A stretch of DNA of 64,000 nt from Escherichia coli (GCF_003018235.1 NZ_CP027437.1), one strand, 5' to 3'; numbered from the stretch's first letter, positions 50,279-60,618 are shown. The notes: generated by a model from the letters alone, not told the origin. Made by a program: numbers and translations.

Positions 50279-52238
50279 ATCCTGGTTCAGGATGCAGGCG
50301 GGTGGTCAGGGTGAGGCGGATATTTATATTTATGACGAGATTGGTTTCTGGGGGGTTACGGCGAAGCAGTTTATCAGTGATCTGAATGCGCTTGGCGACA
50401 TCACCCACATTAATCTCCATATCAATTCACCGGGTGGCGAGGTCTTTGAAGGCATCGCCATTTTTAATACCCTCAGAAATCACGGTGCAGGCATTACCGT
50501 GTATGTGGACGGGGTTGCCGCGTCGATGGCATCCCTGATTGCGATGGCCGGTGACACGGTCATTATGCCGGAAAATGCCTTCATGATGATCCATAAGCCC
50601 TGGGGGATCAGCGGTGGTGACGCGGAGAAAATGCGCACTTATGCCGATCGCCTCGACAAACTTGAGTCGGTTATGGTGCCGGTATATGCGCAGAAAACCG
50701 GGAAAACCACCGATGAAATTGCTGCCATGCTGGCGGATGAGACCTGGATGTCCGGTGCGGAATGTCTGGCACACGGATTTGCAGACCAGGTGACGCCAGC
50801 CGTTAAGGCAATGGCATGTATTCAGTCAAAACGTACAGAGGAATTTAAAAAGATGCCGGAATCCATCAGAAATATGATCACACAACCGTCTGACCGTACC
50901 CCGCGTGAGGCGACCACCACACAGGCAGTCACAGAACCCGCCCCGGCACCGGCAGCGCCAGATGAGGAGACCATCCGGGCCAGTGTACTGGCGGAGCAGA
51001 AGGCCCGTATGTCAGGCATTAACGATCTGTTTGCCATGTTTGGTGGTCGTTATCAGGCACTTCATGCGCAGTGTGTGGCCGATCCCGGCTGCTCGCTGGA
51101 GATGGCCCGAGAGCGTCTGCTGAATGAAATGGGTAAGGAGTCCTCGCCGACTAACAAAACCACACCGGCACATATTTATGCCGGAAACGGTAATTTTGTG
51201 GGTGACGGGATCCGTCAGGCGCTGATGGCCCGCGCCGGATTTGAGACTACGGAGAAGGATAATGCCTATAACGGGATGACCCTGCGTGAATGCGCCCGCA
51301 TGTCACTGACGGAGCGGGGGATCGGGGTGGCCAGTTACAACCCCATGCAGATGGTGGGGCTGGCGCTGACGCACAGCACCTCGGATTTTGGCAATATCCT
51401 GCTGGATGTGTCGAATAAGGGACTGATTCAGGGCTGGGAGGAATCAGAGGAAACCTTCCAGAAATGGACCCGCAAAGGTCGCCTGTCTGACTTCAAAACG
51501 GCATACCGTGTGGGGATGGGGGGCTTTGGTTCACTGCGTCAGGTGCGCGAAGGGGCAGAGTACAAGTACATCACCACCTCAGACCGCAGGGAAACCATCG
51601 CGCTGGCGACCTACGGGGAAATTTTCTCCATCACCCGTCAGGCCATTATCAATGATGACCTGAATATGCTGGTGGATGTCCCGATGAAGATGGGGCGTGC
51701 CGCGAAGGCAACGATTGGTGACCTGGTGTATGACGTGCTGACAAAAAATCCGAAACTGTCAGACGGCAAGGCGCTGTTCCATGCCGATCACCAGAATATT
51801 GCCACCGGCGGGATCTCCGTTTCCGGTCTGGATGCGGCACGTCAGATGATGCGTCTGCAGAAGGAGGGGAATCGTGCACTGAATATCCGTCCGGCCTTCA
51901 TGCTGGTACCGGTGGCGCTGGAGACGGTGGCAAACCAGACCATCAAATCGGCCAGTGTGAAAGGGGCGGATGCGAATGCCGGTGTCATTAACCCGATTCA
52001 GAACTTTGCCGAAGTGATTGCGGAAGCGCGTCTTGATGCGGCAGATCCGAAAACCTGGTATCTGGCGGCGGCACAGGGGACCGATACGATAGAAGTGGCC
52101 TGGCTGGATGGTGTGGACACGCCGTATATTGATCAGCAGGAAGGCTTCACCACTGACGGTATCGCCACAAAAATCCGTATTGATGCCGGTGTGGCACCGC
52201 TTGACTGGCGCGGACTGGTACGATCATCTGCTGCCTGA
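50268..52238 (+). CDS. Prohead protease (ClpP/S14-like) fused to major capsid protein
   Basis: N-terminal INSPGGEVFEGIAIFNTLR...MASLIAMAGD ClpP-like; ~400-aa C-terminal capsid domain; start at internal ATG 50268 overlapping portal stop. Confidence 0.8.
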   Translation: MKNKSWFRMQAGGQGEADIYIYDEIGFWGVTAKQFISDLNALGDITHINLHINSPGGEVFEGIAIFNTLRNHGAGITVYVDGVAASMASLIAMAGDTVIMPENAFMMIHKPWGISGGDAEKMRTYADRLDKLESVMVPVYAQKTGKTTDEIAAMLADETWMSGAECLAHGFADQVTPAVKAMACIQSKRTEEFKKMPESIRNMITQPSDRTPREATTTQAVTEPAPAPAAPDEETIRASVLAEQKARMSGINDLFAMFGGRYQALHAQCVADPGCSLEMARERLLNEMGKESSPTNKTTPAHIYAGNGNFVGDGIRQALMARAGFETTEKDNAYNGMTLRECARMSLTERGIGVASYNPMQMVGLALTHSTSDFGNILLDVSNKGLIQGWEESEETFQKWTRKGRLSDFKTAYRVGMGGFGSLRQVREGAEYKYITTSDRRETIALATYGEIFSITRQAIINDDLNMLVDVPMKMGRAAKATIGDLVYDVLTKNPKLSDGKALFHADHQNIATGGISVSGLDAARQMMRLQKEGNRALNIRPAFMLVPVALETVANQTIKSASVKGADANAGVINPIQNFAEVIAEARLDAADPKTWYLAAAQGTDTIEVAWLDGVDTPYIDQQEGFTTDGIATKIRIDAGVAPLDWRGLVRSSAA

Positions 52239-52325
52239 TAACCGGCCCGACACAATCACTGCCCGTAAGGGCTTTTTTTATGCCTGAAAACAGCCCCGCC
52301 GGGGGCTGTCCGGAGATACAGCATT

Positions 52326-52652
52326 ATGGCGAAAAATTTTGTACAGGACGGCACCACCATTGAACTGGTGAATGCCGGGGATCAGACCATTCTGAGCGGT
52401 GCCGCTGTGGTGGTCGGCAGCATGGTGGCGGTGGCCATTACCGATATTCCTGCCGGGGAAACCGGTGACGGGTTCGCAGAAGGCGTGTTCCTGCTGCCAA
52501 AACAGTCAGTTGATGATATTCCGCAGGGGACGGTGGTTTATCTGAAGGATGGCCTTGTGCAGCCTGCGGCGGATGGTGCAGTGGCGGCAGGGGTGGCATG
52601 GGAACATGCGACGGCAGGCAGCGACACAGTGGCGGTCAGAATCAATGCCTGA
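52326..52652 (+). CDS. Small head protein (FI/decoration position)
   Basis: 108 aa, Ala/Gly/Val-rich; directly after capsid gene. Confidence 0.5.
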   Translation: MAKNFVQDGTTIELVNAGDQTILSGAAVVVGSMVAVAITDIPAGETGDGFAEGVFLLPKQSVDDIPQGTVVYLKDGLVQPAADGAVAAGVAWEHATAGSDTVAVRINA

Positions 52653-52926
52653 TTTGCTTTCACGGATGTGCCGCCATATGGATCTGGCGACGGTGCGCAT
52701 GATGGGAAAAACGGCGGAGATTAACGGCGTCAGTTATGACGTGATACCGGAGTATGAGTCCGCTGATATGGGGGCGCTTTCCGGCAGTCAGTTGTCACTG
52801 GTGGTGTTTTCAGCGCAGTACCGGCCTGCCCGCGATGATGTGGTTGTGTTTGACGGTCGCTCACTGGTGGTGACCCGTTATGACACTTACAACGGTAAAC
52901 CCCGGATTTTTGTCGAACAGGAGTAA
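52645..52926 (+). CDS. Head-tail connector protein, gpFII-like
   Basis: Internal ATG overlapping previous stop; 93 aa; position before Z. Confidence 0.5.
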   Translation: MPDLLSRMCRHMDLATVRMMGKTAEINGVSYDVIPEYESADMGALSGSQLSLVVFSAQYRPARDDVVVFDGRSLVVTRYDTYNGKPRIFVEQE

Positions 52927-52928
52927 GT

Positions 52929-53552
52929 ATGGCGATAAAAGGTCTGGCGCAGGCCATGAAAAATCTGGATGCCATTGATCGCCGTGCCGTTCCCCGTGCT
53001 GCTGCCACGACGCTTAACCGTGTGGCGGCGTCCGTTATTGCGAAAACAGCCTCTTCGGTTGCCCGGGAGCTGGCGGTCCCACGACGTCTTATCCGTGAGC
53101 GTATCCGCCTGCAACAGGCCAGCGCAGACAGGGTTTATGCGAAGGTCATCATCAACACCGGTAATCTGCCCGCCATAAAACTGGGGACGGCCAGCGTGCG
53201 GCTTTCCCGCAGAAAGCGGCGAAAGAAAGGCGAGCGATCGGTCACGAAAGGCGGTGGCAGCGTGCTGATTGTCGGGAAACGGCGGATCCCGAATGCCTTT
53301 ATTACCCGGCTGGAAAATGGCCGGTGGCATGTGATGCAGCGTATGCCGTGGGCGTCGTCGTCAACCGGTGTTGACCGTAAGGGCAGGCCTGCGCGTTATC
53401 GTCTGCCGATTGATGTGGTGAAAATCCCGACGGTAAAACCGCTGACAGAAACCTTTGAGCGTGAACGTGAGCGAATGTACCGGGAGAAATTACCGGAACA
53501 GATGATGAAAGCCATGACGCAGCAGTTGCGTCTGGTCATGAAACGAAAATGA
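52929..53552 (+). CDS. Z: Tail completion protein gpZ
   Basis: MAIKGL...RRKRRKKG..GGGSV..NGRWHVMQR.. matches lambda Z pattern. Confidence 0.8.
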   Translation: MAIKGLAQAMKNLDAIDRRAVPRAAATTLNRVAASVIAKTASSVARELAVPRRLIRERIRLQQASADRVYAKVIINTGNLPAIKLGTASVRLSRRKRRKKGERSVTKGGGSVLIVGKRRIPNAFITRLENGRWHVMQRMPWASSSTGVDRKGRPARYRLPIDVVKIPTVKPLTETFERERERMYREKLPEQMMKAMTQQLRLVMKRK

Positions 53553-53563
53553 CAGGGGGTGGC

Positions 53564-53962
53564 ATGAAACACCGTGAGATACGGGCGGCAATACTGTCTG
53601 CCCTGAAGGCAAATATTGCTGAGCGGGTGACCTGGTTTGACGGGCGACCTGTTTTTATTGACGAGCAGGAGCTTCCGGCAGTGGCGGTCTACCTGACTGA
53701 CGCGTCAGCGGCTGACGAGTTTGTGGATGAGGATACCTGGGAGGCGGTACTGCATGTCGAAGTGTTTCTCAGGGCAAAAGAGACGGACTCCGTACTGGAT
53801 ACATGGATGGAAGAAAAAATTTTTCCGGCGCTGGAAGGCGTTCCCGGTCTCAGTGCACTGCTGCTGAAAATGAATCTTCAGGGGTACGACTACAGCCGTG
53901 ATGATGAATTCATGATGTGGGGATCGGCAGATCTCCGGTGGAACATTACCTACGAAATGTGA
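53564..53962 (+). CDS. U: Tail terminator protein gpU
   Basis: [14 protein letters not shown]...AVAVYLT...[13 protein letters not shown] matches lambda U. Confidence 0.85.
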   Translation: MKHREIRAAILSALKANIAERVTWFDGRPVFIDEQELPAVAVYLTDASAADEFVDEDTWEAVLHVEVFLRAKETDSVLDTWMEEKIFPALEGVPGLSALLLKMNLQGYDYSRDDEFMMWGSADLRWNITYEM

Positions 53963-53969
53963 GGACGAT

Positions 53970-54728
53970 ATGTCAACACCTAATCCTCTTGAGCCGGTAA
54001 AAGGCTCCGGCACCACACTCTGGCTTTATTCCGGAAATGGTGATGCTTATGCAAATCCACTGTCTGATGATGACTGGACGCGACTGGCAAAAATCAAGGA
54101 ACTGACGCCGGGCGATATGACGGCAGAATCCTATGACGATAACTACCTGGATGATGAGGATGCCGACTGGGTTTCCACCGGGCAGGGACAGAAATCGGCG
54201 GGTGATACCAGTTTCACCCTGGCCTGGAAGCCCGGTGAGGCAGGCCAGCAGGCGCTGTTGCGGTGGTTTGATGAGGGCGATACCCGTGCCTATAAAATCC
54301 GTTTTCCCAATGGCACGGTCGATGTGTTCCGTGGCTGGGTGAGCAGTATTGGCAAGGCCGTCACCGCAAAAGAAGTGATCACCCGTACGATAAAAGTCAC
54401 CAATATTGGTCGTCCGTCGCTGGCGGAAGACAGCGGAACCATCACGCCGGTGACGGGGATCACCGTCACACCGGCCACGGCTTCTGTTGAGGCGGGGAAA
54501 ACGGTGGAACTGACGGTGGCCGTTCAGCCGGATACGGCATCGGACAAAACCTTCCGGGTGTCATCTGACCACAACAATGTGGCGACGGTGACCGTGAAGG
54601 ATAACGTCATCACGGTGAAAGGGGTGGCAAAAGGTACCGCGCTTATCCCGGTCATGAGTAATGGTGGCGCTTTCGCTGCCGTGGCCACCGTAACGGTCAC
54701 AACACCTGCAGCACAGCCTGCCACTTAA
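53970..54728 (+). CDS. V: Major tail protein gpV with C-terminal Ig-like domain
   Basis: Near-identical stretches to lambda V ([59 protein letters not shown]). Confidence 0.9.
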   Translation: MSTPNPLEPVKGSGTTLWLYSGNGDAYANPLSDDDWTRLAKIKELTPGDMTAESYDDNYLDDEDADWVSTGQGQKSAGDTSFTLAWKPGEAGQQALLRWFDEGDTRAYKIRFPNGTVDVFRGWVSSIGKAVTAKEVITRTIKVTNIGRPSLAEDSGTITPVTGITVTPATASVEAGKTVELTVAVQPDTASDKTFRVSSDHNNVATVTVKDNVITVKGVAKGTALIPVMSNGGAFAAVATVTVTTPAAQPAT

Positions 54729-54746
54729 TTTTCCGGGAGTGAATTC

Positions 54747-55163
54747 ATGTTTCTGAAAACGGAACCGTTTGAATATAACGGGCAGACTGTCACGCTCAGC
54801 GAACTGTCCGCCCTGCAGCGCCTCGAGTATCTGGCCTGGGTGAAGGAGAAGGAAGAACAGCGGGGGGAGGGTGTCAGTGAACAGCAGGCGCTCACTGACA
54901 TCATCAGCGAAGGTGCCCTGCTGGTGGCCATGTCGCTCTGGCATCACCATGAGCTGAACGGAGCGTCATCCTCACTGCGTGAAGAGACGGACAGGCTCAT
55001 GCAGGAAGTCCTGACCTCCTGGCCGGTGGAAGCCATCGCCGCAGGCCGGAACGTGGTGGCACGTCTGAGTGGTATGTCGGCTCCGGCAGGTGAAAAATCC
55101 CCCGCTCAGGGGGGTAAAACAGACGAACCGGTAACGGCAAAAAAGCGTACGAAGGGGAGCTGA
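54747..55163 (+). CDS. G: Tail assembly chaperone gpG
   Basis: MFLKTEPFEYNGQTVTLSELSALQRLEYLA... like lambda G. Confidence 0.85.
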   Translation: MFLKTEPFEYNGQTVTLSELSALQRLEYLAWVKEKEEQRGEGVSEQQALTDIISEGALLVAMSLWHHHELNGASSSLREETDRLMQEVLTSWPVEAIAAGRNVVARLSGMSAPAGEKSPAQGGKTDEPVTAKKRTKGS

Positions 55164-55471
55164 TTTTTGCCCTGCAACTGGCGCGCGAGATGGGCCGTCC
55201 TGACTGGCGTGCCATGCTGGCCGGGATGTCATCAACCGAGTATTCCGACTGGCGTCATTTTTACCGCACGCATTATTTTCAGGATGCACAACTGGATATG
55301 CATTTTGCCGGGCTGACGTATGCCGTACTCAGCCTGTTTTTTGCCGATCCTGATATGAGTCCGTCTGATTTCAGCCTGCTGAACCGGCGTGGTGCTGAAG
55401 AAGAGCCTGAAGATGATGTGCTGATGTCGGTATCAGAAGGTATAGCAGGAGGTGTCCGCTATGGCGGGTAA
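54747..55471 (+). CDS. T: Tail assembly chaperone gpG-T fusion via programmed -1 ribosomal frameshift at A_AAA_AAG (55139-55145)
   Basis: Slippery heptamer in G frame near G 3' end; T reading frame (frame 2) open from the site to 55471. Confidence 0.75.
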
Positions 55472-58058
55472 CTTTGCAGATCTGACAGCAATTCTGACCC
55501 TGGATTCCACCCGCTTTTCTGAAGAAATGGGGCGGGTGAAAAAAGAGCTTGGCGAAACCAGCTCACTGGCAGACACGATGTCAGGCAAGGTCAGCCAGTC
55601 CCTGAATAAATCCGCAGAGGCCATTGAGCAGAGTCTGAGCCGTCAGGCGCTGGCCGCACAGAAAGCGGGGATTTCCGTCGGGCAGTATAAAGCCGCCATG
55701 CGTATGCTGCCTGCACAGTTCACGGATGTCGCCACGCAGCTTGCAGGCGGGCAAAGTCCGTGGCTGATCATGCTGCAACAGGGGGGCCAGGTGAAGGACT
55801 CCTTTGGCGGGATAATCCCTATGTTCAGGAGCCTTGCCGGTGCTGTCACCCTGCCGATGGCCGGGCTCACCTCGCTGGCGGTGGCGACAGGTGCGCTGGT
55901 GTATGCCTGGTACAAGGGTGATACCGTCCTGTCTGAATTTAATAAAACGCTGGTTCTTTCCGGTAATCAGTCGGGACTGACGGCAGATCGTATGTTGTCC
56001 CTGACCAGAGCCGGGCAGGCGGCAGGGCTGACGTTTAACCAGACCAGTGAGGCACTGACGGCGCTGGTGAATGCCGGTGTGCGTGGTGGTGAGCAGTTTG
56101 AAGCCATCAGCCAGAGTGTGGCACGTTTCTCCGCCGCATCGGGTGTGGAGGTGGACAAGGTTGCTGAAGCCTTCGGGAAGCTGACCACCGACCCGACGTC
56201 GGGGCTGACGGCGATGGCGCACCAGTTCCATAACGTGACGGCGGAGCAGATTGCGTATGTTGCTCAGTTGCAGCGTTCCGGCGATGAAGCCGGGGCATTG
56301 CAGGCGGCGAACGAGGCCGCAACGAAAGGGTTTGATGACCAGACCCGCCGCCTGAAAGAAAACATGGGGACACTGGAGACCTGGGCAGACAGGACAGCAC
56401 GGGCATTCAAATCCATGTGGGATGCGGTGCTGGATATTGGTCGTCCTGATACCGCGCAGGAGATGCTGATTAAGGCAGAGGCCGCGTTTAAGAAAGCGGA
56501 CGATATCTGGAATCTGCGCAAGGATGATTATTTTGTTAACGATGAAGCGCGGGCGCGTTACTGGGATGATCGTGAAAAGGCCCGTCTTGCGCTTGAAGCC
56601 GCCAGAAAGAAGGCAGAACAGCAGAGTCAACAGGACAAAAATGCGCAGCAGCAGAGCGATACCGAAGCGTCACGGCTGAAATATACCGAAGAGGCGCAGA
56701 AGGCTTACGAACGGCTGCAGACGCCGCTGGAAAAATACACCGCCCGTCAGGAGGAGCTGAATAAAGCCCTGAAGGCCGGGAAAATCCTGCAGGCGGACTA
56801 CAACACGCTGATGGCGGCGGCGAAAAAGGACTATGAGTCGACGCTGAAAAAGCCGAAACAGTCAGGCGTGAAAGTGTCAGCAGGCGATCGTCAGGAGGAC
56901 AACACCCGTACAGCGCTGCTGGCGCTGCAGACTGAGCTGCGGACACTTCAGGCCCACGCCGGGGCGAATGAAAAAATCAGCCAGCAGCGTCGGGAACTGT
57001 GGAAGGCGGAAAGTCAGTATGCGGTACTGGCGGAGGCGGCACAACGTCGCCAGTTATCCGCACAGGAGAAATCCCTGCTGGCGCATAAAGACGAGACGCT
57101 GGAGTACAGACGCCAGCTGGCTGACCTGGGCGACAAGGTTGAATACCAGAAACGGCTGAACGAGCTGGCAGACCAGGCGGAGAAATTTGCACAGCAGCAG
57201 CGGGCAAAACAGGCTGCCATCAGTGCAAAAGGCAGGGGGCTGACTGACAGGCAGGCGCAGCGGGAGTCAGAAGAGCAGCGGTTGCGCGAGGTGTATGGTG
57301 ATAATCCGCAGGCGCTGGTGAAGGCAACAGGTGCGCTGAAACAGACATGGGCTTCGGAAGACCAGCTGAATGGCAGCTGGATGGCCGGGCTTCAGTCGGG
57401 CTGGAGCCAGTGGGCTGAGAGTGCGATGGACAGTTTTTCGCAGGTGAAAAGTGTGTCCATGCAGACCTTTGACGGGATTGCGCAGAATATGGCAGCAATG
57501 CTGACCGGCAGTGAACAGAACTGGCGCAGCTTCACCCGTTCGGTGTTGTCGATGCTGACAGAAATTCTGCTGAAGCAGGCCATGGCCGGAATGGTCGGAA
57601 GTGCGATCAGTGCCATTGGCAGCGCTTTCGGCGGTGGTGCGTCGGCTTCAGCCGGTACGGCCATTCAGGCTGCGGCGGCGAACTTCCATTTTGCGACCGG
57701 AGGATTTACGGGCACGGGTGGCAAATATGAGCCTGCGGGGATTGTTCACCGCGGGGAGTTTGTCTTCACGAAGGAGGCAACCAGCCGGATTGGTGTCGGT
57801 AACCTGTACCGCCTGATGCGGGGCTATGCGGAAGGTGGTTATGTGGGCGGTGCCGGAAGTCCGGCGCAGATGCGGCGGGCGGAAGGTATCCGGTTTGAGC
57901 AGAACAACAGCGTGGTGATTCAGAACGACGGTACCAACGGGCAGGCGGGACCGCAACTGATGAAGGCGGTGTATGACATGGCCCGCAAAGGGGCGCAGGA
58001 TGAGATTCAGGCGCAGATGCGTGATGGCGGCGTATTTTCCGGAGGAGGTGGACGATGA
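55461..58058 (+). CDS. H: Tail tape measure protein gpH
   Basis: AGGAGGTG SD; long stretches matching lambda H (LSRQALAAQKAGISVGQYKAAMRMLPAQFTDVATQLAGGQSPWLI). Confidence 0.9.
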   Translation: MAGNFADLTAILTLDSTRFSEEMGRVKKELGETSSLADTMSGKVSQSLNKSAEAIEQSLSRQALAAQKAGISVGQYKAAMRMLPAQFTDVATQLAGGQSPWLIMLQQGGQVKDSFGGIIPMFRSLAGAVTLPMAGLTSLAVATGALVYAWYKGDTVLSEFNKTLVLSGNQSGLTADRMLSLTRAGQAAGLTFNQTSEALTALVNAGVRGGEQFEAISQSVARFSAASGVEVDKVAEAFGKLTTDPTSGLTAMAHQFHNVTAEQIAYVAQLQRSGDEAGALQAANEAATKGFDDQTRRLKENMGTLETWADRTARAFKSMWDAVLDIGRPDTAQEMLIKAEAAFKKADDIWNLRKDDYFVNDEARARYWDDREKARLALEAARKKAEQQSQQDKNAQQQSDTEASRLKYTEEAQKAYERLQTPLEKYTARQEELNKALKAGKILQADYNTLMAAAKKDYESTLKKPKQSGVKVSAGDRQEDNTRTALLALQTELRTLQAHAGANEKISQQRRELWKAESQYAVLAEAAQRRQLSAQEKSLLAHKDETLEYRRQLADLGDKVEYQKRLNELADQAEKFAQQQRAKQAAISAKGRGLTDRQAQRESEEQRLREVYGDNPQALVKATGALKQTWASEDQLNGSWMAGLQSGWSQWAESAMDSFSQVKSVSMQTFDGIAQNMAAMLTGSEQNWRSFTRSVLSMLTEILLKQAMAGMVGSAISAIGSAFGGGASASAGTAIQAAAANFHFATGGFTGTGGKYEPAGIVHRGEFVFTKEATSRIGVGNLYRLMRGYAEGGYVGGAGSPAQMRRAEGIRFEQNNSVVIQNDGTNGQAGPQLMKAVYDMARKGAQDEIQAQMRDGGVFSGGGGR

Positions 58059-58384
58059 AAACCTTCCGCTGGAAAGTGAAGCCGGATATGGAGGTCAGTT
58101 CGCAGCCATCGGTACGGGAGGTGCGCTTTGGTGATGGTTATTCCCAGCGTGCGCCTGCCGGGCTGAATGCCGACCTGAAAACGTACAGCGTGACGCTTTC
58201 TGTCTCCCGGGAGGAGGCCCGGTATCTGGAAGCATTCCTGGCAGAGCACGGAGGCTGGAAGGCGTTTCTGTGGACGCCGCCTTATGGTTACAGGCAGATA
58301 AAGGTGACCTGCGCCAGGTGGTCATCCCGGGTGGGAATGCTGCGAGTGGAATTCAGCGCGGAGTTTAAACAGGTGGTGAACTGA
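58055..58384 (+). CDS. M: Minor tail protein gpM
   Basis: MKTFRWKVKPDMEVSSQPSVREVRFGDGYSQRAPAGLNADLKTYSVTLSV... like lambda M. Confidence 0.9.
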   Translation: MKTFRWKVKPDMEVSSQPSVREVRFGDGYSQRAPAGLNADLKTYSVTLSVSREEARYLEAFLAEHGGWKAFLWTPPYGYRQIKVTCARWSSRVGMLRVEFSAEFKQVVN

Positions 58385-59082
58385 TGCAGGAAATTCACGA
58401 AGAGAGCCTGAACGAGTCGGTAAAATCAGAGCAGTCAGCCCGCGTGGTGCTGTGGGAAATCGACCTGACAGCGGTCGGTGGTGAACGGTATTTTTTCTGT
58501 AATGAGCTGAATGAAAAAGGGGAGCCTGTGACCTGGCAGGGCAGGGAGTATCAGGCATACCCGATTGACGGCAGCGGTTTTGAGATGAACGGAAAGGGCA
58601 GCAGTGCCCGCCCGTCACTGACGGTGTCCAATCTTTTCGGGCTGGTCACCGGCATGGCGGAGGACCTGCAGAGCCTGGTGGGGGCCACAGTGGTCCGCCG
58701 CCGGGTGTATGCCCGTTTTCTGGATGCGGTGAATTTTGTGGCGGGAAATCCGGAGGCTGACCCGGAGCAGGAGCTGACGGACCGCTGGGTGGTGGAGCAG
58801 ATGTCAGAGCTCACAGCCATGAAGGCCTCGTTTGTGCTGGCGACACCGACGGAGACGGACGGGGCGCTGTTTCCCGGTCGCATCATGCTGGCGAACACCT
58901 GCACCTGGGATTACCGGGGGGAGGAGTGCGGTTATGACGGTCCGGCAGTCGCAGATGAATATGACCAGCCCACATCTGATATCGCGAAGGACAAGTGCAG
59001 TAAATGCCTGCGCGGGTGTGAGCTGCGCGGGAATGTGGCAAACGGCGGTTTTTTCCTTTCCATCAATAAGCTTTCGCAGTGA
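58384..59082 (+). CDS. L: Minor tail protein gpL
   Basis: 232 aa; conserved position and C-terminal Cys cluster. Confidence 0.9.
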   Translation: MQEIHEESLNESVKSEQSARVVLWEIDLTAVGGERYFFCNELNEKGEPVTWQGREYQAYPIDGSGFEMNGKGSSARPSLTVSNLFGLVTGMAEDLQSLVGATVVRRRVYARFLDAVNFVAGNPEADPEQELTDRWVVEQMSELTAMKASFVLATPTETDGALFPGRIMLANTCTWDYRGEECGYDGPAVADEYDQPTSDIAKDKCSKCLRGCELRGNVANGGFFLSINKLSQ

Positions 59083-59087
59083 TTATC

Positions 59088-59831
59088 ATGAAACAGACAG
59101 AATCAGACATTCTGGCGCATGCCCGGCGGTGTGCGCCAGCGGAGTCGTGCGGCTTCGTGATAACCACGCCGGAGGGTGAACGGTACCAGCCGTGTGTGAA
59201 TATTTCCGCAGAGCCGGAGGCGTATTTTCGTATTGCTCCGGAAGACTGGCTGCGGGCGAAGATGTCGGGGGAGATTGTGGCGCTGGTCCACAGTCATCCC
59301 GGCGGCCTGGCCTGGCTGAGTGAGGCAGACCGGCGTCTGCAGATAAAAAGCGCACTGTCCTGGTGGCTGGTCTGCCGGGGAGACATTCATAAATTCCGCT
59401 GTGTTCCACACCTGACCGGGCGGCGTTTTGAGCACGGGGTGACGGACTGTTACACGCTGTTCCGGGATGCATACCATCTGGCGGGGATTGAGATGCCGGA
59501 TTTTCACCGCGAGGATGAGTGGTGGCGAAACGGTCAGAACCTGTACCTGGACAATATGGAGGCAACGGGCTTTTACCGGGTGCCCCTGTCCTCTGCACAG
59601 GCGGGCGATATTCTGCTGTGCTGCTTTGGTTCATCGGTACCGAACCATGCCGCGGTTTACTGTGGCAACGGCGAGCTGCTTCACCATATACCTGAACAAC
59701 TGAGTAAACGGGAGAGGTATTCCGAAAAATGGCAACGACGAACGCATTCAGTCTGGCGTCACCGCCACTGGCACGCATCTGCCTTCACGGGGATTTACAA
59801 CGATTTGGCCGCCGCATCAGCCTGTATGTGA
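59088..59831 (+). CDS. K: Tail assembly protein gpK (NlpC/P60-MPN)
   Basis: HSHP motif (LVHSHPGG); position between L and I. Confidence 0.85.
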   Translation: MKQTESDILAHARRCAPAESCGFVITTPEGERYQPCVNISAEPEAYFRIAPEDWLRAKMSGEIVALVHSHPGGLAWLSEADRRLQIKSALSWWLVCRGDIHKFRCVPHLTGRRFEHGVTDCYTLFRDAYHLAGIEMPDFHREDEWWRNGQNLYLDNMEATGFYRVPLSSAQAGDILLCCFGSSVPNHAAVYCGNGELLHHIPEQLSKRERYSEKWQRRTHSVWRHRHWHASAFTGIYNDLAAASACM

Positions 59832-60373
59832 ACACGGCAGCGGAGGCCATCCGTGCCCTGTCGTTACAGGTGCCCGGTTTTCGCCGTCAGATGAACGAAG
59901 GCTGGTACCGGGTGCGTATTGCCGGTGAGGATACCTCGCCGGAACAGATAATGACACGACTGCATGAGCCGTTGAGCCACGGGGATATCATTCATCTGAT
60001 CCCCCGGACCGAAGGTGCCAAAAGCGGTGGTGTTTTTCAGGCGGTGCTGGGAGCTGCACTGGTTGTTGCCTCCATCTGGATGCCGGGTATCGGTATTGCT
60101 GCCAGCAACATTATGTTTTCCATGGGGGCAGCAATGGCGCTGGGGGGTGTCGCACAACTGCTGGCCCCGAAGGCAAAGACGCCGGAGTACAGAAGCACGG
60201 ATAACGGTAAACAGAACACGTATTTCTCCTCACTGGACAACATGATTGCCCAGGGCAACCCGATGCCGGTGCCTTATGGTGAGATGCTGGTGGGTTCACG
60301 ACGGATATCCCAGGACATCAGCACCCGGGATGAAGGCGGTGACGGAAAAGTGGTGGTTATCGGTCGGGGGTGA
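59729..60373 (+). CDS. I: Tail assembly protein gpI
   Basis: MATTNAFSLASPPLARICLHGDLQRFGRRISL... like lambda I; overlaps K 3' end. Confidence 0.85.
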   Translation: MATTNAFSLASPPLARICLHGDLQRFGRRISLYVNTAAEAIRALSLQVPGFRRQMNEGWYRVRIAGEDTSPEQIMTRLHEPLSHGDIIHLIPRTEGAKSGGVFQAVLGAALVVASIWMPGIGIAASNIMFSMGAAMALGGVAQLLAPKAKTPEYRSTDNGKQNTYFSSLDNMIAQGNPMPVPYGEMLVGSRRISQDISTRDEGGDGKVVVIGRG

Positions 60374-60546
60374 GAATAAAAAAATACCCACAGTGTTGGC
60401 CAGGCTGTGGGGAATACGATGAAAAACCATGTGAAGGAGTTATTTTTATGTACGGTGAAACTGTAACGCTGTGCAATTATCAGCGCCACAGGTATTTTGC
60501 AGAAATGTGAAGAAATTCAGAATTTTTATTCAGTCAGTCAACAGAC

Positions 60547-60575
60547 AGGCACCCCACGGGGTGCCTGTTGTTTTT
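60547..60575 (+). terminator. Rho-independent terminator-like hairpin upstream of J
   Basis: AGGCACCCC-ac-GGGGTGCCT followed by GTTGTTTTT; 44 nt before the J start. Confidence 0.45.
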
Positions 60576-60618
60576 GGGTATAAACAGATTCAGGCATCAG
60601 GCTGGACAGGGGGACAGA

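Noticed and set aside
55581-56630. 349-aa minus-strand ORF
   Set aside because: Antisense to the tape measure gene, which is strongly supported by lambda H similarity; Arg/Gly/Pro-rich composition typical of antisense frames in GC-rich genes.
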